Positions 15,503 through 24,229 of a stretch of DNA of 64,000 nucleotides are shown here, piece after piece (within the stretch, counting starts at the first letter, position 1; each line of letters begins with the position of its first letter). Source of the DNA: an uncultured Planctomycetales bacterium (lineage in GTDB: Bacteria > Omnitrophota > Gorgyraeia > Zapsychrales > Aceulaceae); contig CAZYOA010000001.1 of the NCBI GenBank assembly GCA_964648665.1, forward strand, positions 48,128 to 112,127, read 5' to 3'. The notes beneath the pieces are model-generated. The model was not told the DNA's origin, did not search any database, and saw only the letters and a program-made list of their open reading frames with translations. A program made the translations under genes and the position numbers.

Positions 15503-16012
15503 ATGAATAAGAACATCGCACTCGTTGGTTTTATGGGTTCAGGAAAATCAACCATAGCAAAACTTTTGGCAAAACAGACTGGTCGAAAGCTCGTTAGCAT
15601 AGATGATTTGATTGTTCAGCGCGAATCAATGGATATTACAGATATTTTTTCTATCAAAGGCGAAAAGTTTTTTCGTGACGTAGAAGAAAATGTTGTTTGC
15701 GAAGTTAGCCAAGGCCAAGATCTTATTATTGATTGTGGTGGAGGCGTTGTTTTGCGAGAACAAAATGTTAATAATTTGCATTTTAAAAGTATTATTATTT
15801 ATTTAAAAACATCTCCAGATGTTATTTATAGTCGAATCAAAAATCAGTCACATCGACCTTTAGTAAATGTAAAAGATCCTAAAGCTAAGATTGGTGAACT
15901 TTTATCAGCGCGGGAATCTTTTTATGAAAAAGCTGATGTGATTATTGATACTGCTCAAAAAACACCTGAGATGGTCGCCGAAGAAATTATAAAAATGTTT
16001 GTTCATGACTGA
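15503..16012 (+). CDS. aroK: Shikimate kinase
   Basis: Walker A GFMGSGKST near the N-terminus. Size and the GGG motif (DCGGGVV) are typical. ATG at 15503 is preferred over the TTG at 15497. Confidence 0.85.
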   Translation: MNKNIALVGFMGSGKSTIAKLLAKQTGRKLVSIDDLIVQRESMDITDIFSIKGEKFFRDVEENVVCEVSQGQDLIIDCGGGVVLREQNVNNLHFKSIIIYLKTSPDVIYSRIKNQSHRPLVNVKDPKAKIGELLSARESFYEKADVIIDTAQKTPEMVAEEIIKMFVHD

Positions 16013-17105
16013 GAATGAATCCCTTCTTATCCTAAATGCTATTGACGGTCTTGGCCCGATTCGAACCAAAGAGCTTCTTTCGCATTTTTCATCTGCTCAA
16101 AATATTTTAAAAGCTTCTCAAGAAGATTTTTCTTTTACTTCTAGAATTCCACGCAAGGTTATTCAGAATATTTTTGATTTTAAAAAAGATGAGTTTTTAA
16201 AAAAAGAATATGAATTAATTAAAAAACATAATGTTGATATTTATTCTATTTTTCAAGAACAGTATTCAAAGAACTTAAAGAATATTTTTGATGCTCCGAT
16301 AGTTTTGTATGTTAAGGGAAGCTTAAAATCAATTGATGATCAAGCGATTTCAATTGTAGGTTCTCGTCGATCATCAATCTATGGAACATCTATAGCGGAG
16401 AAATTTGCTATGCAGTTGTGTGATTATAATATTACAGTTATTTCTGGTATGGCGCGAGGTATCGATACCGCAGCGCACAGAGGAGCATTGCGAGCTCGCG
16501 GAAGAACTATTGCTGTTTTAGGAAGCGGGATTGCAAATATTTATCCAGCGGAGAATACTAAATTATCAGAAGAAATTTCAAAAAATGGAGCAGTTATTTC
16601 TGAATTTTCTATGCAAACGAAACCTCTAGCTTCAAATTTTCCAAGACGAAATCGAATTGTTAGCGGGTTGTCTCTTGGGGTTATTGTTGTTGAGGCCGCA
16701 AAACGAAGCGGGGCGTTGATCACGAGTGATTGTGCGCTTGAGCAGGGCAGAGAGGTTTTTGCTGTTCCAGGAAAAGTGGATACGCCAAGTGCTCAGGGTG
16801 TTAATAATTTAATTAAGCAGGGAGCAAAGCTTGTGAGTTGCGTTGAAGATGTATTAGAGGATCTTAATATTGAATTGAGAAATGCTTCGAAAAAAGAAGT
16901 TAAGAATTGTTTTGATTCTGTAGATTTGAATCTCGGTCAGATTGAGAATAAGATTTTGAACCAAATTTCTTTAAAACCTATTCATTTAGAACAGATTTTA
17001 GAATTCACAGAATACTCTGTGTCACAAGCTTCTTCGGCTTTGCTCTCTTTAGAGCTAAAGCACCTCATTCGGCAATTGCCTGGAAAATTATTTGTCAGAA
17101 CTTAA
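15999..17105 (+). CDS. dprA: DNA-processing protein A (Smf/DprA)
   Basis: Rossmann-like core with SGMARGIDTAAHRGAL and FPRRNRI.SGLS motifs. C-terminal winged-helix-like tail. Confidence 0.9.
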   Translation: MFMTENESLLILNAIDGLGPIRTKELLSHFSSAQNILKASQEDFSFTSRIPRKVIQNIFDFKKDEFLKKEYELIKKHNVDIYSIFQEQYSKNLKNIFDAPIVLYVKGSLKSIDDQAISIVGSRRSSIYGTSIAEKFAMQLCDYNITVISGMARGIDTAAHRGALRARGRTIAVLGSGIANIYPAENTKLSEEISKNGAVISEFSMQTKPLASNFPRRNRIVSGLSLGVIVVEAAKRSGALITSDCALEQGREVFAVPGKVDTPSAQGVNNLIKQGAKLVSCVEDVLEDLNIELRNASKKEVKNCFDSVDLNLGQIENKILNQISLKPIHLEQILEFTEYSVSQASSALLSLELKHLIRQLPGKLFVRT

Positions 17106-17160
17106 AAAACCTCTATAATAGATATACTTATATTAATATTACTAATTAAAAAGGATTTTT

Positions 17161-19116
17161 ATGGCAAACTCACTTGTTATTGTTGAATCTCCTGCAAAAG
17201 TCAAAACGATTAATAAGATTTTAGGTAAAAGTTACAAGGTTGTTTCTTCGATGGGTCACTTGATCGATCTACCTAAATCAACGCTTGGAATTGATGTTGA
17301 TGATAATTTTAAGCCAAAATTAATTGTGATTCGAAAAAAGCAGAAGACTCTTAAAGCACTTAAAAAAGAGGCAGCGAAGAAGAAAAACATTTATATCGCT
17401 ACTGACCCTGATCGCGAGGGAGAGGCGATTGGCTGGAATCTTGCTAAGGCTATTGGCGAAGGAAAGAATGTGTATCGTGTGACGTTTCATGAAATTACGA
17501 AAGACGCTGTATTAAAAGCTTTTGAACATATTCGTGAATTTGATGAAAAGAAGATTGATGCTCAAATAGCTCGTCGCGTCTTAGATCGTTTGGTGGGCTA
17601 TCAGTTAAGTCCTTTTTTGTGGAAAAAGGTTGGATCAGGTTTAAGCGCTGGACGCGTTCAGTCTGTTGCGCTTAGGCTTATTGTTGATCGTGACCGTTCT
17701 ATCCAAGCCTTTAATTCTCAGGAATATTGGCAGATGTCTGTTGATCTTAAAAAATCGAATAGTCAAGATATCTTAAATGCGTCGCTAGATAAAATTGATA
17801 ATGAAAAGATTGATTTGCAAGCTAAGCAAGATGCAGATCAAATTGTTGAAGAAGTTAAGCAGCAACAATTTGCAATTTCAGATATTACGGAAAAAGAAGT
17901 GCGTCGAAATGCACAGCCACCGTTTATTACAAGTACGTTGCAGCAAGAAGCATTTAATAAGCTTAATTTTAATACAAGCCGTACGATGATGATTGCTCAG
18001 CAGCTTTATGAAGGTATTGATCTTGGAGATGGCGAAACAGTTGGTTTGATTACTTATATGCGTACAGATTCTGTGAATATCGCAGATGAAGCAAAAAATA
18101 AAGTGCGTGATTTAATTAAGAATCAGTATGGCGAAGAATATTTGCCAGAGAAACCAAATGTGTATAAATCTAAAAAGAGAGCCCAGGAGGCTCATGAAGC
18201 GGTTCGTCCGTCAGATGTTTTAAAGAAGCCAGAAGATTTAAGATCATTTTTGACTGATGAGCAATATAAGATCTATGAATTGATTTGGCGAAGATTTGTA
18301 AGTTGTCAGATGATGCCAGTTGTTTATCTTCAAAAGCGAATTTTGATTAAGGCTGGACGATTTGATTTTAGTGCATCTGCTTCAAGTTTAAAATTTAACG
18401 GATATCTTGTTTTGGATCAGAATTTAAGTGAGAAAGAAGCCGATGTTGATCTTTCTCAGTTTGAAAAAGAAGATCCTCTCGAATTGGTTGATGTTCTTCC
18501 GACGCAGCATTTTACAAAACCGCCACCTCGTTACTCGGAAGCAACTCTTGTACGGGCGCTTGAAGAAGGCGGCATTGGTCGACCGAGTACGTATGCGCCG
18601 ATTATTAATACTCTCTTGATGCGTAATTATGTTTATCGTGAAGGTGGATACTTTAGCTCGACAGAGCTTGGGTTTACGATCATTGATCTCTTGGTTGAGT
18701 ATTTTTCAAGAATTATGGATATTGGATTTACGGCGACCATGGAAGAGCAACTCGATTTGATTGAAGACGGGGAGCTTGACTACATTAAACTTTTAAGTGA
18801 ATTTTATCCGCCTTTTAAAGAAGAGGTTGATTATGCGATGCAGAATGTTGAAAAAATCGTATCGCTTACAGAGCATAAATGTCCTGAGTGTCAAAAGTTT
18901 TTAGCCGTTAAATGGGGACGCAATGGAAAGTTTTTAAGTTGTTCAGGATTTCCTGAATGTAAACATTCACAGCCATTTTTGACTGGCGTTAAGTGTCCGG
19001 AAGAGAATTGTGACGGAGAATTGGTTGAGAGGCGTTCAAGGCGTGGTACAACGTTTTATGGATGTAGCCAATATCCAGAGTGTACTTTTACCAGTAGACA
19101 GCTACCAAAACAATGA
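17161..19116 (+). CDS. topA: DNA topoisomerase I
   Basis: Toprim start (LVIVESPAK, DPDREGEAI). Active-site region YMRTDS. C-terminal Cys4 zinc ribbons (CPEC...C..FPEC; CPEENC...C..YPEC). Confidence 0.95.
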   Translation: MANSLVIVESPAKVKTINKILGKSYKVVSSMGHLIDLPKSTLGIDVDDNFKPKLIVIRKKQKTLKALKKEAAKKKNIYIATDPDREGEAIGWNLAKAIGEGKNVYRVTFHEITKDAVLKAFEHIREFDEKKIDAQIARRVLDRLVGYQLSPFLWKKVGSGLSAGRVQSVALRLIVDRDRSIQAFNSQEYWQMSVDLKKSNSQDILNASLDKIDNEKIDLQAKQDADQIVEEVKQQQFAISDITEKEVRRNAQPPFITSTLQQEAFNKLNFNTSRTMMIAQQLYEGIDLGDGETVGLITYMRTDSVNIADEAKNKVRDLIKNQYGEEYLPEKPNVYKSKKRAQEAHEAVRPSDVLKKPEDLRSFLTDEQYKIYELIWRRFVSCQMMPVVYLQKRILIKAGRFDFSASASSLKFNGYLVLDQNLSEKEADVDLSQFEKEDPLELVDVLPTQHFTKPPPRYSEATLVRALEEGGIGRPSTYAPIINTLLMRNYVYREGGYFSSTELGFTIIDLLVEYFSRIMDIGFTATMEEQLDLIEDGELDYIKLLSEFYPPFKEEVDYAMQNVEKIVSLTEHKCPECQKFLAVKWGRNGKFLSCSGFPECKHSQPFLTGVKCPEENCDGELVERRSRRGTTFYGCSQYPECTFTSRQLPKQ

Positions 19117-19121
19117 GATGA

Positions 19122-19988
19122 TTGCATATGAATCGATACGTTGAAAAGTTTTTGTCTTATCTTGAAATTGAGAAAAACTATTCAAAACATACGATTTTAA
19201 ATTATAAAATTGATTTAAAAGAATTCTTTTTATTTCTAAAAGATACCTCGATTGAACGTGTCGATTATTTTCATTTAAGACGTTTTTTGGCAAGTCTTCG
19301 CTCTAAAGATTTAAGACCAAGGACTGTGGCCCGAAAACTTTCGGCTATTAGAAGTTTTTTTAAATTTATTTATCGAGAAGGATTGATTAGCAAAAATCCA
19401 TCAACTCTTTTGATGACGCCAAAACTGGATAGGAAGTTACCGCAATTCTTGTCTGAACAAGATGCTAGTCGACTTATTGAAGGGGCAAAGAAAAAAGATG
19501 AGCCTGGCCTTAGAGATCGAGCGATTCTTGAAACGCTTTATAGCACGGGCATGCGTGTTAGCGAATTAGTATCTTTGAATATGAACCGTGTTGATTTTAT
19601 TAGTAATGTTGTTAAGGTTGAAGGAAAAGGAAGAAAAGAGCGATTAATTCCTATTGGTAATGCAGCTCTTGAAGCTATTAAAGAATATGTTGATAAAAGA
19701 AAGCATGTGTCTGAGGCTGTTTTTTTAAATTTGCGTGGTGCACGCTTAACAGATCGAAGTGTGCGTAATATTGTTGATAAGTATATTCAGCAAGCAAGCA
19801 TTCAAGGTAAAATTTCTCCACATGCTTTACGACATTCTTTTGCAACACATCTTTTGAACGCTGGAGCAGATTTAAGAGCTGTTCAGGAACTTTTAGGCCA
19901 TGTTAATTTATCGACAACTCAAATTTATACACATATGACTACCGAAAAATTAAAGAAAATTTATGATCACGCACACCCGAGGGCTTAA
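19122..19988 (+). CDS. xerC: Tyrosine site-specific recombinase, XerC/XerD type
   Basis: SAM-like N-domain. Catalytic R...HxLRHSFATHLL...GH...TQIYTH signature. Sits in a housekeeping dprA-topA-xer context. Confidence 0.85.
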   Translation: MHMNRYVEKFLSYLEIEKNYSKHTILNYKIDLKEFFLFLKDTSIERVDYFHLRRFLASLRSKDLRPRTVARKLSAIRSFFKFIYREGLISKNPSTLLMTPKLDRKLPQFLSEQDASRLIEGAKKKDEPGLRDRAILETLYSTGMRVSELVSLNMNRVDFISNVVKVEGKGRKERLIPIGNAALEAIKEYVDKRKHVSEAVFLNLRGARLTDRSVRNIVDKYIQQASIQGKISPHALRHSFATHLLNAGADLRAVQELLGHVNLSTTQIYTHMTTEKLKKIYDHAHPRA

Positions 19989-21247
19989 TGACGATATTAT
20001 ATGATTTCTTATTTCTTGTTTTTTCAATTCTTCATCTTCCGTATCTTTTGATTAAGCGTAAATGGCATCAAGATTTTACAATGCGCTTTGGATTTCTGGG
20101 AAAATTAAATCTTAATAATTCAAATATTAAAAGTATTTGGATTCATGCGGTTAGCGTTGGAGAAGTTGTTGTTATCAAGAATCTTTTGAGTGATATTCGC
20201 CGACAATATCCAGAAAACCCAATTGTGATATCTGTTGTTACGCAAACTGGTTTTGAGATGGCTCAAAAAATCTCAAATCCTGAGGATCATATTATTTATG
20301 CGCCTTTGGATTTCAGCTTATCTGTTAAAAAATACATCAAAGCGATCAATCCGTGTGTTTATATCAATGCAGAAACAGAGATCTGGCCAAATCTTTTAAC
20401 AGAGCTTAAGCGATGCAATATTCCTGTTGTTCAGGTTAATGGGCGAGTTTCTGATCAAGCATTTAAGGGATATAAATTTTTCCTTCAATTTATTAGACCT
20501 ATTTTTCAATCGATTACATTTTTTTGTATGCAAAGTGAATTAGACGCAGATCGAATTAAATTTCTTGGGGTGGCTGAAAAGCAGGTAGAGGTTGTTGGAA
20601 ATATGAAGTTTGATGATATTTTAGATGATCACCAAAAAGAATTGTCAGGTTTGATCATTGACGAGAATGAAGAGTTATTTGTTGCAGGGAGTACGCATCC
20701 TGGAGAAGAGGATATTGTCTTAGATGTCTTTTCTAAGGTTCAAAATCAATTTAAAAATTTAAGATTAGTTATTGCTCCGCGTCATCCTGAACGAGCTGAT
20801 GAGATTGTAGGGTTGGTTGAGAAAAAAGGATTTAAGGCTATAAGATTTTCTCAAGTTTATGATTTGATTGTTGATCAAAAAACAGTTGTCGTTGTTGATA
20901 CGATTGGGCATTTGCGATTATTGTATCGTTTGGCAAAAGTTGTTTTTGTTGGAAAAAGCTTGACTGCTAAAGGGGGTCACAATATTATTGAGCCTGCCTA
21001 TTTTGAAAAACCAGTTATTGTTGGTCCTCATATGGAGAATTTTAAGAATATTACAGAATTGTTTTTGCGTAATAATGCGATTATTCAGGTCGAGAATGAA
21101 AGTGCATTAATTATCGAGATAGAAAAACTTCTCTCGGATCCAATTGCTTGTGAAGAGATGGGTATGAGAGCTAGAGAAGTTATTGAACAATATAGAGGGG
21201 CAAGCGAGAAGACAGTCAATATTATTTCCGATGTTTTGAATAGGTAG
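19988..21247 (+). CDS. waaA: 3-deoxy-D-manno-octulosonic acid (Kdo) transferase
   Basis: N-terminal membrane anchor. IWIHAVSVGEV motif. GT-B C-terminal half (APRHPER..., GGHN.IEPA). Confidence 0.9.
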   Translation: MTILYDFLFLVFSILHLPYLLIKRKWHQDFTMRFGFLGKLNLNNSNIKSIWIHAVSVGEVVVIKNLLSDIRRQYPENPIVISVVTQTGFEMAQKISNPEDHIIYAPLDFSLSVKKYIKAINPCVYINAETEIWPNLLTELKRCNIPVVQVNGRVSDQAFKGYKFFLQFIRPIFQSITFFCMQSELDADRIKFLGVAEKQVEVVGNMKFDDILDDHQKELSGLIIDENEELFVAGSTHPGEEDIVLDVFSKVQNQFKNLRLVIAPRHPERADEIVGLVEKKGFKAIRFSQVYDLIVDQKTVVVVDTIGHLRLLYRLAKVVFVGKSLTAKGGHNIIEPAYFEKPVIVGPHMENFKNITELFLRNNAIIQVENESALIIEIEKLLSDPIACEEMGMRAREVIEQYRGASEKTVNIISDVLNR

Positions 21248-21252
21248 AAATT

Positions 21253-22308
21253 ATGAAGAAATATTTATATGAGCTTATGACGGATCAGCGCAAAGATTGG
21301 TTTGCGCAAATATTAAAAATTGCTTTATTTGTTTTGTCATTTTTTTATTGGACAGCTATTAAAGCGATTTTATGGCTTTATCGTCAGAAAATTTTGAAAG
21401 TAAAGAGATTGCCAAAAATTGTTTTTAGCGTGGGCAATATTACTCTTGGTGGTGTTGGCAAAACACCTTTAGTACGATTAATTGCTACGATGCTCAAAAA
21501 GCATAATCTTAAGCCAGTAATTTTGACTCGAGGGTATATGGCTGGTGGTAAAAGTTCAGATGAAGCGCAGATGCTTCAAAATCAATTAAAAGATGTTCCT
21601 ATTTTGGTTGGAGCTGATCGCTATAAGACAGCGCAAAATTTCTTAAGAGAGAAGATTGCAGATGTTTTTATTCTTGATGATGGATTTCAGCATTGGCATC
21701 TTTTTAGAAATTTCAATATTGTTGTTATTGATTCAGTAAATCCTTTTGGAAACTTATTTGTTCTTCCGCGTGGAATTTTACGTGAACCTGTTGATTCCTT
21801 AAAACGCGCGAATATTTTTGTTTTAACAAAAACTGATCTTGGAAAAGATAATCTTAAAGATATCTATCAGAAAATTAAACAGTTCCAGCCAACGGCTACT
21901 ATTGTTGAAACAATTCATGATCCTGTGTCGCTGATTAATATTAACAATCAAGGAGATCAAAAAGGATTAACATTTATTGATAATCAAGATGTTTGTCTTT
22001 TCTCAGGTATTGGCGATCCTCGATCTTTCGAGGAAAGCGCAAAATCAGCAGGGGCTAAGATTAAAAAGCATTTTGCCTTTATGGATCATCATGCATTTTT
22101 AAAAGATGATATTGAAAAGATTGTTCATCATTGTCGGGTACAAAATATTAAAACATTAATCACAACTGAAAAAGATGCTGTTCGTTTAACAGAGTGGTTG
22201 TATTTATTTCCAAGAGAATTTCATGTTTTTGTTTTGGAGATTGAATTAAAAATTTTGAAAGGAGAGCAAGATCTTGAAAAGCGAATTTTTTATTTTTTGG
22301 ATCGTTAA
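21253..22308 (+). CDS. lpxK: Tetraacyldisaccharide 4'-kinase
   Basis: P-loop VGNITLGGVGKTP. DDGFQH motif. Expected size. Confidence 0.9.
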   Translation: MKKYLYELMTDQRKDWFAQILKIALFVLSFFYWTAIKAILWLYRQKILKVKRLPKIVFSVGNITLGGVGKTPLVRLIATMLKKHNLKPVILTRGYMAGGKSSDEAQMLQNQLKDVPILVGADRYKTAQNFLREKIADVFILDDGFQHWHLFRNFNIVVIDSVNPFGNLFVLPRGILREPVDSLKRANIFVLTKTDLGKDNLKDIYQKIKQFQPTATIVETIHDPVSLININNQGDQKGLTFIDNQDVCLFSGIGDPRSFEESAKSAGAKIKKHFAFMDHHAFLKDDIEKIVHHCRVQNIKTLITTEKDAVRLTEWLYLFPREFHVFVLEIELKILKGEQDLEKRIFYFLDR

Positions 22309-24229
22309 GATTTTTGGTGCGCTTATTAGGCTTCTTCCGCTGTCTGCTGCGCTTTGGTTAGGTAGGGCTATTGGAACCTTGGGTTATTTCTTTGATTATC
22401 GACACAAGGCGCTTGCTTATGCTAATTTAAAGATTGCTTTTGCGCGACAGAAAAAGACGAGTGAAATTAAGCGGATTCTAAGGAAGCTTTTTCAGAATTA
22501 TGGTCAGAATTTTATTGAGCTTTTGCGGCTTCCAAAGATTGATCCACATAAATATATTACATTGCAAGGTAAAGAGCATGTTGATGAGGCTTTAAAGCAG
22601 AATAAAGGTCTAATCTTGCTTGCCATGCATTTTGGAAGTTGGGAGCTGAGTAGTTTTATGAACAAGCTCTTAGATCATCGATATCGAGTGATTGTTAATC
22701 CTCAAAAAAGACATCAACGACTTAATGAATTGTTGAATTCATATCGAAAAAAAGCTGGTGCAAGTTTAGCTGAGCCTGGTTCTGGGACACGTGATTTTAT
22801 TAAAGCTCTTAAGAATAATGAGATTGTTGGCATGGTTGCTGATCAAGGAGGAAAAACAGGAAACCTTGTTAAGTTCTTTGGTAAAGATGCTGCGATGTCA
22901 TTAGGGGCTATTAAAATGGGGCTTAAATTGGGTGTTCCAATATGTTTTTGTACGATTGCCAGAGATTCAAAACCAGATCATCATGCGCTTAAAATTCTTC
23001 CACCTCTTGAGCTTAATGCTAGCGGTGACAAGAATAAGGATATTACAAAAAATCTGAACAAGGTTGTTGTTGAGATGGAAAAGGCAATTGTGCAGCATCC
23101 ATCTGAATATATGTGGTTTTATAAAATTTGGAAATATTCGAAAGAATCAACAATTGTTGTTTTAAGTGATGGAAAATTTGGCCATCTTAATCAGGCGCGT
23201 GCGTTTGCTGAGCAAGTTAAGAAGGCGTTGGCAGAACGATTAATAAAATCAACTATAGAAGTTATTGATGTTGAGTTTAAGGATCCAGCAAAAAAGGCTA
23301 TGTTTGCTGCGCTGAGCTTTGCAACTCATGAAAAAACGTCTCAAGGACGTTTGCGTTATCTTAAATGGTTTTTAAAACGTAAATCATTTTTAGAAGTTAT
23401 GAGCGTTAAGGGAGATTTTGTTGTATCTTGTGGCTCTTCAATTGCAGGTGTTAATTATTTTCTTTCTCAAGATTATCAGGCAAAAAGCATTGTACTTCAG
23501 AAGCCAGGTATCTTGAGTTTTAATCGGTTTGATTTAGTTCTTTTGCCGAATCATGATGCAAAAGAATTTTACAAGAACAAGGATAATGTTGTATTTACAA
23601 AACTAACGCCAAACCTTGTTGATCAACAATATCTTGAACATCAGACCTCGCGGTTAATTGCTAAATTTCCAGAACTTGATCATCGAAAGAAACCAACAAT
23701 TGGGGTTATGATTGGGGGAGAATCCAAGAATCATTTTATATCAAATATTCAAGTTGAGAGTATTTTGCAGCAAGCTAAGGAAGTTGTTTTTAAGCATGAT
23801 GGATCACTTGTTGTTACAACATCAAGACGAACTCAAAAAAGTGTTGAAAAAATTGTTAAGGCTGAGCTTTCAGATGGCAATCTGTGTCCATTTTTAATTA
23901 TTGCAACAGAAAATAACGTTCCAGAGGCTGTTGGAGGAATTTTAGGGATGTCGGATATTATTGTTATTTCTTCAGATAGTATTTCAATGATTTCTGAGGC
24001 TGTCAGTTCAGGAAAAACTGTTATTGTTTTTAATGCAGAAAAAAGAAAGCTAAATTATAAGGGCAAGCATGAAGTTTTTGTTAAAAATCTTTCCGAAGGT
24101 GGACATTTGATAGAGGCTAGAACTTATGATCTCGGATGTGTTTTGGATAATGTGATTGAGAAAAATATTAAAACTGAGCCTGTTTTTGATCAGGGTGTTT
24201 TATTCGAGGCGGCGCAAAAAATTATATGA
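22274..24229 (+). CDS. Fusion protein: lipid A late (lauroyl/myristoyl) acyltransferase LpxL/HtrB-like N-half plus ELM1/DUF1022-like C-half
   Basis: N-half has the HtrB-type layout (membrane anchor, LLAMHFGSWE, ADQ). C-half starts IVVLSDGKFGHLNQARAFAE, resembling ELM1-family starts, and ends with a GT-B-like region. TTG start overlaps lpxK. Confidence 0.7.
   Translation: MKSEFFIFWIVKIFGALIRLLPLSAALWLGRAIGTLGYFFDYRHKALAYANLKIAFARQKKTSEIKRILRKLFQNYGQNFIELLRLPKIDPHKYITLQGKEHVDEALKQNKGLILLAMHFGSWELSSFMNKLLDHRYRVIVNPQKRHQRLNELLNSYRKKAGASLAEPGSGTRDFIKALKNNEIVGMVADQGGKTGNLVKFFGKDAAMSLGAIKMGLKLGVPICFCTIARDSKPDHHALKILPPLELNASGDKNKDITKNLNKVVVEMEKAIVQHPSEYMWFYKIWKYSKESTIVVLSDGKFGHLNQARAFAEQVKKALAERLIKSTIEVIDVEFKDPAKKAMFAALSFATHEKTSQGRLRYLKWFLKRKSFLEVMSVKGDFVVSCGSSIAGVNYFLSQDYQAKSIVLQKPGILSFNRFDLVLLPNHDAKEFYKNKDNVVFTKLTPNLVDQQYLEHQTSRLIAKFPELDHRKKPTIGVMIGGESKNHFISNIQVESILQQAKEVVFKHDGSLVVTTSRRTQKSVEKIVKAELSDGNLCPFLIIATENNVPEAVGGILGMSDIIVISSDSISMISEAVSSGKTVIVFNAEKRKLNYKGKHEVFVKNLSEGGHLIEARTYDLGCVLDNVIEKNIKTEPVFDQGVLFEAAQKII

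Noticed and set aside
19122-19988. Tyrosine recombinase considered as the integrase of a mobile element or genomic island.
   Set aside because: It sits in the conserved housekeeping dprA-topA-xer arrangement. It has XerC/D-type motifs. No flanking direct repeats, tRNA target or cargo genes are present.
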